In this document: positions 1 to 8,921 of the stretch, piece after piece | Layout: the number at the start of each line of letters is the position of its first letter | How positions within the stretch are numbered: position 1 is the first letter of the stretch | Source of the DNA: a virus | Taxonomy: Duplodnaviria; Caudoviricetes | Length of the DNA stretch: 30,465 nucleotides | Direction: 5' to 3' (one strand) | IMG/VR virus record: IMGVR_UViG_3300037501_000151 | Location: 1 to 30,465 of that record | Program-made: the position numbers and the translations under genes | Notes under the pieces: generated by a model | What the model was told of the DNA's origin: nothing | The model's database searches: none | The model's input: the letters and a program-made list of their open reading frames with translations, nothing else

Positions 1-180
1 ATCTGTTACCTCGTTATTGTGACGCTCGCGAACGTGCCGCACGGCGTCCGAGTAGTGTTGTACATCATACAAAGCAAAGCACTTTTTACACTGAAACCCC
101 CAAGAGGTCTGGCGAAGTTTCATCCCCGCGACCGGGTCGATCTTGTTCATAATAACAGTTTTGTCAGAGAACTCGCTCAT
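1..180 (-). CDS. Small C2H2 zinc-finger-like protein, open at the left window edge
   Basis: Manual translation from ATG at 180: MSEFSDKTVIMNKIDPVAGMKLRQTSWGFQCKKCFALYDVQHYSDAVRHVRERHNNEVTD. It has a Cx2Cx14Hx4H pattern and starts 1 nt after the upstream stop. Not in the ORF track. Confidence 0.6.
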   Translation of the reverse strand, partial: MSEFSDKTVIMNKIDPVAGMKLRQTSWGFQCKKCFALYDVQHYSDAVRHVRERHNNEVTD

Positions 181-181
181 T

Positions 182-1393
182 TTAATGCTCCGTGATTGCA
201 GTTACGATCTGAGTTTGGTTATCGAACGCGAGGCGCCCGCCCTCTACACAAGAGGTGAACGCCCGGCGGAAGTCCTCATACCCCATAGAGTTGCGGACGA
301 GCTTATATAAGATATTAAGGGGAAGTCGGCCTCCTGCCCCGCGAAGGGCATCTACGATAAAGTGAACCTTTTTGATTTCTTCCTCATTAGAAACGAGATC
401 ATAGACTTTGAACATCTCCGGCTCGATCAGACGAAGAATCTTATCTGCCCGGTCGAGGTCGTCGGCGGTTATAGTCATGTCTTGACGACAGCTCGCTGAT
501 AGCACCATTGCGAGCTTGTGCAAATGCGTCTGCTTGCGGGAGAGATAGCCGCAAACAGCTTCACTCGATTGATATTTTACCATATCGTTTCTGAACAGAT
601 CCTCATACCAGCGGGCGCCCCATGCATATGCCTCGCTTGTCATATGAAAAGCTCCGACCATTGTAGAGATCATTTCAAGATCAGATATAAGAGAGGCACG
701 AAGCCTTGCCATTTTATCGGAGTCTCGAATCCGCAAGATAGGATAAGCCTCAAAATGCCGCTTTTTATCAGCTTTCAGGTAAAGCGTTCGAGAACTGAAT
801 CCCGTTTCCATTAAGGATTGCGGGAAATAGGTTTGAATCCAGGCAGGAGTTGTACAGGCAATAATGTTGACCCAGGGGTTGACGATTGAGTCTGACCCCG
901 TTGTCTTTGTTCTGCGCTCAAACTCTCCGGTTTTCCCATCCCATAGAGCAGTTAAAGCATCTATAAGATCACGGTTTTCCGGGTCGAAAAAGGTTCCAAA
1001 CTCTCCAACGGAGAAAGAAACGCAAGACATCTCTTTGAATACGCCTCCGCCCGGCTCGAGTTCATACGCTCGTTTTGCTTGTGCAAGAGAGTTAAGAAGA
1101 GCCTGCCAAGTCAAAGAGTCCGGCCCGAATGTTATAGACTCTCCTAGCTCTCGAAGAAGAGACTCTCCAACAGTTATTGTTGTAGTCTTGGCGACGATCC
1201 CCGGGCGGGCGACCAAGATTATATAAAAGTTAGGAGTCCAAGAAAAATAATACTGATCTATGCAGACCTTTCTTCTTAAGGCAGATGCGATTGTAGAAAC
1301 ACCTGTCCAAAAATGAAATATCTCCGGTGCTTCGAGGTAACTTGTATATTCGATGTATGAAGATAGCCAATCGCGCAGCTGGCGAGTTGACAT
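182..1393 (-). CDS. DUF3987/YfjI-like AAA+ protein, putative replicative helicase, with possible C-terminal winged helix
   Basis: Walker A-like LVARPGIVAKTT, degenerate Walker B SVGEFG, LTALWDG, NIIACTTP and GFSSR (arginine-finger-like). Directly downstream of the polymerase, with a GGAG RBS. Confidence 0.65.
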   Translation of the reverse strand: MSTRQLRDWLSSYIEYTSYLEAPEIFHFWTGVSTIASALRRKVCIDQYYFSWTPNFYIILVARPGIVAKTTTITVGESLLRELGESITFGPDSLTWQALLNSLAQAKRAYELEPGGGVFKEMSCVSFSVGEFGTFFDPENRDLIDALTALWDGKTGEFERRTKTTGSDSIVNPWVNIIACTTPAWIQTYFPQSLMETGFSSRTLYLKADKKRHFEAYPILRIRDSDKMARLRASLISDLEMISTMVGAFHMTSEAYAWGARWYEDLFRNDMVKYQSSEAVCGYLSRKQTHLHKLAMVLSASCRQDMTITADDLDRADKILRLIEPEMFKVYDLVSNEEEIKKVHFIVDALRGAGGRLPLNILYKLVRNSMGYEDFRRAFTSCVEGGRLAFDNQTQIVTAITEH

Positions 1394-1416
1394 TTTATTT
1401 TCTCCTTCCTTTTAGA

Positions 1417-3879
1417 CTACGCGGCAGCGCGTGTTACAAAACCAATATCAGAATACTTTTTCAGTCTTGCTTTGTAGAGCGCTACCTCGCGGCAGTCACC
1501 CCACGAGTGAGTGGAGAGTTTTATGCCTATTGGGATTATAAGAGGATCGGGATAAGGAACGACAACTTGCATTGTCTCTTTTAACTTATGAAGATTAAAG
1601 GCGAACTCGTCTTCGTCTTCACCGGCTAATAACTGCATTACAAGAGAGTCGTGATTTTGGAGAAGAATCTCGATGTTTGGGAGAGATGTATAGATTTTTC
1701 GGAGTCCTCGGTTTGTCGCCTCGGCTACTGTAGTTTGACCAATCCATGCAAGAGCGTCTTTTAAAAGAGTAGGCGCAATTCGGTCGAAGAATATTCTCCG
1801 CCGGCCAAACGCTGTTTTAATCTCGCGCTTTGTCATTAGATCTTCCCACACCCGCTCGTGCCAGCGCTTGATCGCCGGGTGAGCTTCAAACCAAGCGTTC
1901 TGAACCGCTTCGACTTGTTTTGTAGAGAGCCCAACTACTTTTGCGATAGCCTGGGCGGAGCCTCCATAGTTGGTTCCGTGAACTACAGACTTGGCGATTT
2001 GGCGGGAGCACTTTGCGACTTTTGCGTTCTCCGCATGGATATCGGCGCCGGAGCGGAATAGCTTTTTCAATTCTTCATCGTCCGCATCCCAGGCTACAAC
2101 CTGTGCGTCAGCGCGCTCCAAGTCTGCATCGAGTATGACCCGGATTGCAGAGGAGACTGGAGAGGGATCGGGGACAAAGAGCCGGCGGATGTTTGGCATT
2201 TGGAGCTTTCCTTTTAATTCGTCTGGCCGGGGGATGTTTTCGAGATTTGTTCCAGAGCCGAACGCGTTTTCAGATGAGGAAAACCGCGTTGTAACGGTTC
2301 CTCCGATATTATACGAGCAACGTAACCGCTTGTCAATATCAAGAGGGGCGTCAACGAAGGTGGACTTGTAAACGCCGATGGAACGACATTCTTCAATCAG
2401 GTTGATAAAGGGAACGAGGAATGTGTATTTCTCTTTAATAGCTGCGATAGCCTCTTTTCCTGTAGTAGGCTTTCTTGTCTTGCGGTTGATAATCGGCTTG
2501 AGTTTTAAGTCTTCGTAAAGGAGAGACTTTACCTGTTGTGGCGAGCGCGGGTTGAACGCATGGCCGAGAATCTCCTTTAACGCCAAGAGGCGAAGATTCA
2601 GAGCGTCGAACAACTCGATTCCAAGTTTTGTGCGATAATCCTCGTTTACGTGGACTCCGCGGAGCATCATAAATAGAACGGGCTCGTAAAGAGCAAGGGT
2701 CTCCTTGTGGTGAATGTAGTAATCGCCTCTTTTTATTAGAAGGTCACGCAAGACCTCGTAACACTCGAACGTTCGCACTACGTCTGTGCAGTTGTATGTC
2801 CAAAGAGTATCCTCGCTTTCCTTTGTTGCATCCCAGTCTTTTCTATCCTCTTTCCAATAAAGACGATAATCGCAATAAAGGGAAGCGATGAAGTCCAGGG
2901 ACTTTGGGAGCTCAAGCCACGCCGTGTGCTGCATCAGCATAGTGTCGTCTCGGACATTAGCGATTATGCCGAGCCAGCGATAGATATATTGGAGATCGTA
3001 CAACCCGTTGTGCCAAATAATCCCCGCATTGGGGTGCGTGAGAATGCCGCGAAGCCGCATAACTACGTTTTCAAGCTCGTAGCCGATCCAATAGTCTCCC
3101 CGGCGAGATTGCGAGGTGAAGGGGACGCAGAACGCATCCGTCTTGGACGTAGCAAAACCGATGCAGGTTATCATTCCCCGAGATGTCTCAATATCCGCCG
3201 CCAGGGTTATGGGTTCTTTACTATTGTCAAGCCGGTTGAAGAGCTGACCTGACCATTCATGAAAGTCTTGATAACTTGGCCGGATTTTAAAATTCCAGGG
3301 TGGCCTACTAACGGGGGATTGTAGATTCCTAGCGGCGTACCGTAGATCGTGGAGAGCCGTTGTCCGCCATGACCAGTTACGAAGGATAGCGGCCGGGTGG
3401 TAGGTGGGAATGACAATGATATCCTTGTTATAGATATAGCGACAAAGGGAGCCCCGCCAGTTTGTTATTCCCTGATTCCCGGTGAGGGCCCACAAGGCGG
3501 TTTCGCCTAGAGCTATTATAACCCTGGGCTTTGTTGTTTCAATCTCTGCATAGAGAGCTTGAAGTCCCAGAGAGATTTCCTTTCCAGGATAGCGCCCAAA
3601 GTGAGGCTCCATTCCGAGCTTTTTTGCCTCTTTTTTCGAGATAAAAAACCTCTCGATCTCATTAAAGGGTGGCCGGATTTGACAGACGTTTGTAACACGG
3701 ATATTGTCTCGTGGGATACCCGACTCAGAGAGCATCCGATCAAGCTCCTCGCCGGACGTTCCAATAAAAGGCTGGCGAAGGCGCTCCTCCTCTGCGCCGG
3801 GCGCTTCACCGACGAGAAGGAGGGGGGAGGGAGATGGACCGCGAGCCGGAACGATTATTTTCAGTTCCGGCTCGCTCAT
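1417..3879 (-). CDS. polA: Family A DNA polymerase with N-terminal family-4 UDG-like domain and 3'-5' exonuclease
   Basis: UDG motifs VGEAPG, PFIG, TNV and TYHPAAILR. Exo I/II/III motifs DIET, HNGLYD and YNCTD. Pol motifs TTRFSSS, NLENIP, DADLERADAQ (A), RQIAKSVVHGTNYG (B) and HDS (C). Start moved to ATG 3879 (ATGA overlap with the upstream stop). Confidence 0.93.
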   Translation of the reverse strand: MSEPELKIIVPARGPSPSPLLLVGEAPGAEEERLRQPFIGTSGEELDRMLSESGIPRDNIRVTNVCQIRPPFNEIERFFISKKEAKKLGMEPHFGRYPGKEISLGLQALYAEIETTKPRVIIALGETALWALTGNQGITNWRGSLCRYIYNKDIIVIPTYHPAAILRNWSWRTTALHDLRYAARNLQSPVSRPPWNFKIRPSYQDFHEWSGQLFNRLDNSKEPITLAADIETSRGMITCIGFATSKTDAFCVPFTSQSRRGDYWIGYELENVVMRLRGILTHPNAGIIWHNGLYDLQYIYRWLGIIANVRDDTMLMQHTAWLELPKSLDFIASLYCDYRLYWKEDRKDWDATKESEDTLWTYNCTDVVRTFECYEVLRDLLIKRGDYYIHHKETLALYEPVLFMMLRGVHVNEDYRTKLGIELFDALNLRLLALKEILGHAFNPRSPQQVKSLLYEDLKLKPIINRKTRKPTTGKEAIAAIKEKYTFLVPFINLIEECRSIGVYKSTFVDAPLDIDKRLRCSYNIGGTVTTRFSSSENAFGSGTNLENIPRPDELKGKLQMPNIRRLFVPDPSPVSSAIRVILDADLERADAQVVAWDADDEELKKLFRSGADIHAENAKVAKCSRQIAKSVVHGTNYGGSAQAIAKVVGLSTKQVEAVQNAWFEAHPAIKRWHERVWEDLMTKREIKTAFGRRRIFFDRIAPTLLKDALAWIGQTTVAEATNRGLRKIYTSLPNIEILLQNHDSLVMQLLAGEDEDEFAFNLHKLKETMQVVVPYPDPLIIPIGIKLSTHSWGDCREVALYKARLKKYSDIGFVTRAAA

Positions 3880-4127
3880 ACCAAGCCTTTTCTCTCGGCA
3901 AGCCAATATGGACAGGTGGCGGTTATGCTTCCAGTCTCCTCGTCGATGGAAACGTTAGAGAGTTGAGATTTCGGGAACCACTCTTTGTGGTCTTGATCAA
4001 GCTCGATAAGATATGCTGCGTTTGTCGTATATTTGATCAGACCGAAAAATTCGAGACCTTCCTCTTCTTCCTCTTCTTCCTCTTCTTCCCCGAACTCATA
4101 AGGATTAAAATCTTCATACATACCCAT
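3876..4127 (-). CDS. Small acidic hypothetical protein with poly-Glu tract
   Basis: GGAGG RBS before ATG 4127; run of about ten Glu residues; stop overlaps the polymerase start. Confidence 0.7.
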   Translation of the reverse strand: MGMYEDFNPYEFGEEEEEEEEEEGLEFFGLIKYTTNAAYLIELDQDHKEWFPKSQLSNVSIDEETGSITATCPYWLAERKGLV

Positions 4128-4131
4128 TGTC

Positions 4132-5283
4132 TTATCCTCCAACGGTTGAGAACTTATCTCTCGTCCGCGTCACGGCGGTGTAGAGCCACCGGCGCTTCAT
4201 TCCATCATCTCGCATCTTCCAAGTCTCGTCGTAGATGGCGATTTCCGGCCACTCGGAGCCCTGGGATTTATGACAAGTGAGGCAATAAGCGAAGTCAAAG
4301 AGAATAGGTTTGTTTTCTCGCTCTGATTCGAGTTTCTTACGCTCCTGCCAGGTCAAGGGTTTCTTGGGGGCTTTTAAAGAGGCTTCGTAATCCGGCTTGA
4401 ACGCGTCAAGGGAGATCTTGGTGACGAGGTTAATACGCTCGTTGGAGATCAAGGCGGTGATATACTCAGGAGTCTGCGCGTCGATGCGCTTGATAAAGAA
4501 AAACTCTCCGTTGTACATCCCCCGCTTGTTCTCGAGGCAGACGACGTAATCCCCGGCGACCGGATCGGTTCCAGTCCATCCACGAGTGAACCGTGCCAGC
4601 TTGTTGATTCGCCGGCGGGTTACATTTGTCCAGGCAATGAATTGAATATCAGCTTTTAACTTGTCAAAACCGAACGAGGAAGAAAGAGTAAACGACGGGA
4701 AGCCGTTGTTTAAATCGTACTGCTCCCCGTATCGAATTTTAAAGGCAAGAGAAAGAATGGGATTGTCCGCTTGGGTACGATGAATTTCGTTCAAAAAGAC
4801 AGACGGGGTACGAGCAAAAACCTCATCGTCGTTGACCGGAGGAAGCTGATAGGGGTCTCCAAACCACACGAGCCGGGTTTTGTGAAGAGAGTTAAGCTCC
4901 ATAATGTCTCGGTAGAGGCGACCGCCGACCATTGAGCACTCATCTACAAGAATGTAATCGGGAATTTCCAGGGTGTCGGGATTTTCTTCGATTCGCTTGC
5001 GGAAGTGCAATTTCCCCTTTTCGTCTACGAAGGGGATATAAAGATAGGAATGAATAGTCTGGGCAACAGAGACTCCCCGGGAGCGAACAACACTTGCGGC
5101 CTTGTTCGTCGGGCAGAGAACTGCGACACGTGTACCGTCTTCGCCGACAAGTTTCTTATAAAGCTCGGAGAGGACGAAGGATTTGCCCGAACCGGCGACT
5201 CCTGAGATGAAAGTCTCGTCGCCGGGCTTTGTCTCTATTGCCTTGTCAAGGGCCAACTGCTGTAGCTGTGTCAATTCGTTCAT
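4132..5283 (-). CDS. Superfamily 1B helicase (Dda/RecD2-like)
   Basis: GVAGSGKS (Walker A), PTNKAA, TIHS, VDECSM (Walker B), GDPYQLPPV, EIHR, TCHKSQGSEW and LYTAVTR. Confidence 0.92.
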   Translation of the reverse strand: MNELTQLQQLALDKAIETKPGDETFISGVAGSGKSFVLSELYKKLVGEDGTRVAVLCPTNKAASVVRSRGVSVAQTIHSYLYIPFVDEKGKLHFRKRIEENPDTLEIPDYILVDECSMVGGRLYRDIMELNSLHKTRLVWFGDPYQLPPVNDDEVFARTPSVFLNEIHRTQADNPILSLAFKIRYGEQYDLNNGFPSFTLSSSFGFDKLKADIQFIAWTNVTRRRINKLARFTRGWTGTDPVAGDYVVCLENKRGMYNGEFFFIKRIDAQTPEYITALISNERINLVTKISLDAFKPDYEASLKAPKKPLTWQERKKLESERENKPILFDFAYCLTCHKSQGSEWPEIAIYDETWKMRDDGMKRRWLYTAVTRTRDKFSTVGG

Positions 5284-6628
5284 GGTTTGCTCCTTTCGGT
5301 TTTGTGGATTTCAGGTTTAAGAGAAGATGCGACTGCGCTTGTGCGTAGATCGCCGGGTCGCGCTCGTAAGCGACAACCGTTTGCTTTAGACTCAGGCCGG
5401 CGAGAATATCATTGCCTGAGCCTGCAAACGGGATGAGGATTCGAGATCCGGGGGAGACGGATCTCTCTATCAGTTCTTGAATGAGAGAGATTGGCTTTTG
5501 CGCCGGGTGGATTTTGTGCTTGTCCTCGGAGAAAGAGAGAACGTCTGTACAATGCCGGGCCATCGGGAGAGAGCCTTTCCGGCAGAATAGGATCATCTCG
5601 TATTGGCGGGCGGGAGCCATCGTTATCGCGGGAGAGGTAGTATGACCTTGCTTGTTCCAAATAAGAGGCCAAGGCCAGACGTCCCAACCGGCGTCCGAGA
5701 GAGCGTCTGCCGTTATTGATAGGGTACGGGGAGAGAGAAAAACGTACATATGCGCGTTCTCCGCGCAGACGGAAAATCCTACCTTTCCCAAAGCGGAGAT
5801 TATGTTGTGGTACTCCGCGGGGGAGTCAGAATAGTTATGAACCCGGTGGAATTTGTCTGCTCCAATCCCATATGGAGGATCAGCAATGATGAGGTCGAAT
5901 TTCTCTATCGGGTTGTTTAGAACGGTAGTATAGTCCTCGTTCCAGAAGATATAGGAGCTCTCGGCCTCCGCGTCAAGTTCCTCTTCAACCTTCGATGCAA
6001 CCATCTCTCGAAGTTGGGATTCGAGCTTCTGGCGAACGAGTTTGATTGCATCTTTTGTCGTCTTGGCCTTTACGATGTTGGGATCAGAGAGATGTTTGGC
6101 GAGGACAAGCTGATCGCGGATAGAGGTCTGGGCGACAGAGGGGTCAGCCCGGCCAATTTCTTCCGCAAGGTCTCGCACTTTCCATTCTTCTCCCCGCTCC
6201 GAGGCTTGTCGCCGGCGGAGACTATTGAGGCGATCGAGGGCGGCAACGCGGTCTTGCCAAGAGATATCAACCCGGCGGATGTTCTCCTCGATCTCGGCTT
6301 CGAGAGCTGCATCGGGGAGAAGATCATCAAGGGATATAACCGGGATGTAGCCGGGCTGCACCTTTACCCCTGCGAAGTCGTATTCTTTATCAAGCGCTTT
6401 AACCGCACGAAGCCGACGCTCTCCCGAGACAAGTTCCAGAACTCCGTCAACGTTGCGGCAGGTAATTGGGTTTTGAAGAAAGGTAGAGGAAATGGATTTT
6501 TTCAATTCCTCTATCTTCTCTTGATCGAACTCGGTTCGGACGCGGTTAGGGTTTATCTTGATCTTGTCAATACGAACAAGGTCTATAAAAGCACCCTGTT
6601 TCCACTTAATATTGGTAATCTCGTCCAT
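5246..6628 (-). CDS. ParB/Srx N-terminal domain and HTH fused to a beta-class amino (m6A/m4C) DNA methyltransferase
   Basis: ParB box LQNPI...LVSGERRLRA...ENIRR; HTH-like VRDLAEEIG; catalytic DPPY; HPAQKP; SAM-binding PFAGSG placed after DPPY (beta order). Confidence 0.88.
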   Translation of the reverse strand: MDEITNIKWKQGAFIDLVRIDKIKINPNRVRTEFDQEKIEELKKSISSTFLQNPITCRNVDGVLELVSGERRLRAVKALDKEYDFAGVKVQPGYIPVISLDDLLPDAALEAEIEENIRRVDISWQDRVAALDRLNSLRRRQASERGEEWKVRDLAEEIGRADPSVAQTSIRDQLVLAKHLSDPNIVKAKTTKDAIKLVRQKLESQLREMVASKVEEELDAEAESSYIFWNEDYTTVLNNPIEKFDLIIADPPYGIGADKFHRVHNYSDSPAEYHNIISALGKVGFSVCAENAHMYVFLSPRTLSITADALSDAGWDVWPWPLIWNKQGHTTSPAITMAPARQYEMILFCRKGSLPMARHCTDVLSFSEDKHKIHPAQKPISLIQELIERSVSPGSRILIPFAGSGNDILAGLSLKQTVVAYERDPAIYAQAQSHLLLNLKSTKPKGANHERIDTATAVGP

Positions 6629-6784
6629 TTTATCCTCACTTTATTCAAGGGAAAAGTGCGCGGTTACTCCATCCGGCGCTCTCTTACCGCACAAAAACGG
6701 TATCGGCCCACCTAGCCGGGGGAAAGGAGCGAGCCCGGCTAGTTGTGTGGGGGAGCAGAACACGATTAGCTTGTCAGTGAGATA

Positions 6785-7255
6785 CTACAGACGCGAGACA
6801 GCTTCGACGTTCGTGTACTTCACCTGCTTGCCGTCTTTTTCGGCGGGGGTAGTCTTGACCTTTACGATACAGACCGCGCCTTCGAGCTTGTGGAAGCCCC
6901 AGGTCTCGCCGGCCTGGTTCTGCCCCACGGCAGCGCGGAGCTGGCCCAAGCCGACATTGCGATCAGGCGAGCTGTCAAGGTTCCCGGCTTCGTCAAGATC
7001 GAGAAAGAGCGACTGACGAACAAAGCGACCGTCGGCGTCCTTGTTGCCGGGGGCGTCGATCTTGTAGAACAGATCAACGATGGTCGAGATGCCGGAGCCG
7101 TCCCGCCGAGGGCTCTGACGAACTTTCATCGGGTGCTTCGCATCGTTGATAATCATCGCTCTGTAGTCGCCATCGGGGATAGTGGGATACTCGGTTGCCA
7201 TTGCTGCAGAGGTCTTGACAGAATGAAGAAAGGTATCAGGATCAAACGTGCTCAT
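6785..7255 (-). CDS. Putative phage single-stranded DNA-binding protein (DUF669/gp2.5-like)
   Basis: YPTIPDGDYRAMI N-terminus and an OB-fold-like beta pattern ending KVKTT...YTNV; directly follows the Sak4-like ATPase, the usual arrangement. Confidence 0.6.
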   Translation of the reverse strand: MSTFDPDTFLHSVKTSAAMATEYPTIPDGDYRAMIINDAKHPMKVRQSPRRDGSGISTIVDLFYKIDAPGNKDADGRFVRQSLFLDLDEAGNLDSSPDRNVGLGQLRAAVGQNQAGETWGFHKLEGAVCIVKVKTTPAEKDGKQVKYTNVEAVSRL

Positions 7256-7305
7256 TTGCAGGTCTCCAATTAAGGATAGAGGTTAGATGGAACGGGTTGT
7301 GCCGA

Positions 7306-8193
7306 CTATGCTGCTACCGCAGCCGGCTTGCGGCTTAAGACCTCCATGAGTTCGCGGTATGAGCGAACAAGGAGGCCGTAATCTTGCAGAATCCCCTTCG
7401 TAAAGATGGGGAGATGGTGCGCTTTCAGATCGGTGTCCCCGGAGAAAGTACGCCAGAGGAATTTCTGCTCCTCGGTATAAGACTCGATAACGTCGGTAAA
7501 GAAGCGAGGGACTTTCGGCGCTAGTTTGCGGCCAAGGGTTGAAGCCATTAGCTTGACTCCCCCGGTTAGCTCATCCTTCTCTTGCTCCAAATGGGCGTTC
7601 ACGACGACCCAGCATTTGCAGTCGGTAACGAGCTTATTCATAAGAGTCTCGATAGTGGTCATAGCGATGTTCCAGTCGCCGGGGTTTTTAACCGGCTTTG
7701 CTCCAACGACTGCATCCATCGCCATTATGGAGAGGCCAGAGAGCGTATCAATGCAGATCGCTCTATCCGTCCCCCACGAATCTACCGCTCCGTATTGTTT
7801 TCCATCGCGGTCAGATGTGAAGTTTCCGAGGGTACGGAGGACTTCGAGTATCTGGCCATGTTGAGATTTGTAGAGTTCGTCAAGGCCGGTTAGCATCTTG
7901 TACGAGAGCTGGTTGATTTTCTTATTGACATCAAGGAGAGATTCCCAGGAGAGAGCCGCCGGGGGGATGTAGCGCCAATGAACCTTGAGGCCGGCTGACT
8001 CGTCAATCTTCTCTGTTATAAGATAGCGAGCAATTACATCCATGTGCGGCTCGGTAAATAGGATAAAGGGCGTAATACCGCTTTTTATAAACGTTGCGAG
8101 AGAATAGGTTTTGCCCTTCCCGGTTGCCCCGAGGTTAAGAATTTTCGGAGCGGGATGATGGTATGCGATTTCGCGCTGATGGTCGAATGACAT
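7306..8193 (-). CDS. AAA_24/Sak4-like P-loop ATPase (single-strand annealing recombinase)
   Basis: GATGKGKT (Walker A), ICIDTLS (Walker B), VVVNAH; located between the exonuclease and the SSB. Confidence 0.75.
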   Translation of the reverse strand: MSFDHQREIAYHHPAPKILNLGATGKGKTYSLATFIKSGITPFILFTEPHMDVIARYLITEKIDESAGLKVHWRYIPPAALSWESLLDVNKKINQLSYKMLTGLDELYKSQHGQILEVLRTLGNFTSDRDGKQYGAVDSWGTDRAICIDTLSGLSIMAMDAVVGAKPVKNPGDWNIAMTTIETLMNKLVTDCKCWVVVNAHLEQEKDELTGGVKLMASTLGRKLAPKVPRFFTDVIESYTEEQKFLWRTFSGDTDLKAHHLPIFTKGILQDYGLLVRSYRELMEVLSRKPAAVAA

Positions 8194-8225
8194 TTAAGTG
8201 CTCCTTTTAGGAAAGAATGGAACCA

Positions 8226-8711
8226 TTATATCATATTGGGGATTTGCTTGTCAACAGTTCGTGGTTGAAGGCGTTTTACGGTTTTTATCGCAAGGCTAAG
8301 CTGGAGAATAAGAAACTCCGCCGGGGGAGAAACTAGACCGAAGAAGTCCTCGAACCAGCCATCGTAGATTATCTCTCCGACCGGAATCGAGTAAGCGTAG
8401 TATTCAAAGTTGACATCCGGCTGAACCGAGGCCGGGACGACTTGGAATATAATCTCCCCCGAATAGGTGCTAACAACGACCGGGAGCTTATAGTTGAAAT
8501 AGGGATTACGTCTGAATGTTTCTTTGGATTCCGCGACGTGCCATCTGCCTTCATTGAACCAGCGCCAACAAAAGGAAATTACAACAAGTTCGTTGTCCGG
8601 GGTATTTGAAATATCCCGGACGCTGGAGATGTCAGAGATATCGGGAGATGAAGCCCCCTCCTCAAACGCAGGGGCTTCAAGATTCTCGTTTTGAGGCTGG
8701 CTGTTATCCAT
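8226..8711 (-). CDS. Hypothetical protein
   Basis: 161-aa ORF in tight operon packing; overlaps the upstream stop. Confidence 0.55.
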   Translation of the reverse strand: MDNSQPQNENLEAPAFEEGASSPDISDISSVRDISNTPDNELVVISFCWRWFNEGRWHVAESKETFRRNPYFNYKLPVVVSTYSGEIIFQVVPASVQPDVNFEYYAYSIPVGEIIYDGWFEDFFGLVSPPAEFLILQLSLAIKTVKRLQPRTVDKQIPNMI

Positions 8712-8901
8712 TTTCAGGTTTATTTTTAATTGTTATCTGGGAGTTCGCTCTTTGATAGAGTTCTGAGTGATAGTAAACGGAGCTACATTTTGCACACTCA
8801 CATAAACCATCCCCTCGAATATGGAACGCGACCGAGCCACAGTCGCAGATTGCGGCCCGGTTCCTCGGAATGGTGTTTTCCAGGCTGTCGTTGCGCTTCA
8901 T
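8704..8901 (-). CDS. Small zinc-ribbon protein
   Basis: CDCG...CAKC cysteine pairs; GAGG RBS. Confidence 0.6.
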   Translation of the reverse strand: MKRNDSLENTIPRNRAAICDCGSVAFHIRGDGLCECAKCSSVYYHSELYQRANSQITIKNKPENG

Positions 8902-8921
8902 ACAATATTACCTCTTTAGGT

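Noticed and set aside
1417-3879. DpoZ / Z-genome system
   Set aside because: No purZ, datZ or mazZ-like gene in the window; the motif changes alone do not establish it.
6629-6784. Structured RNA between the SSB and ParB-MTase genes (CTAGCCGGG/CCCGGCTAG stem)
   Set aside because: A single 9-bp stem with a long loop and no U-tract; not enough to assign a function.
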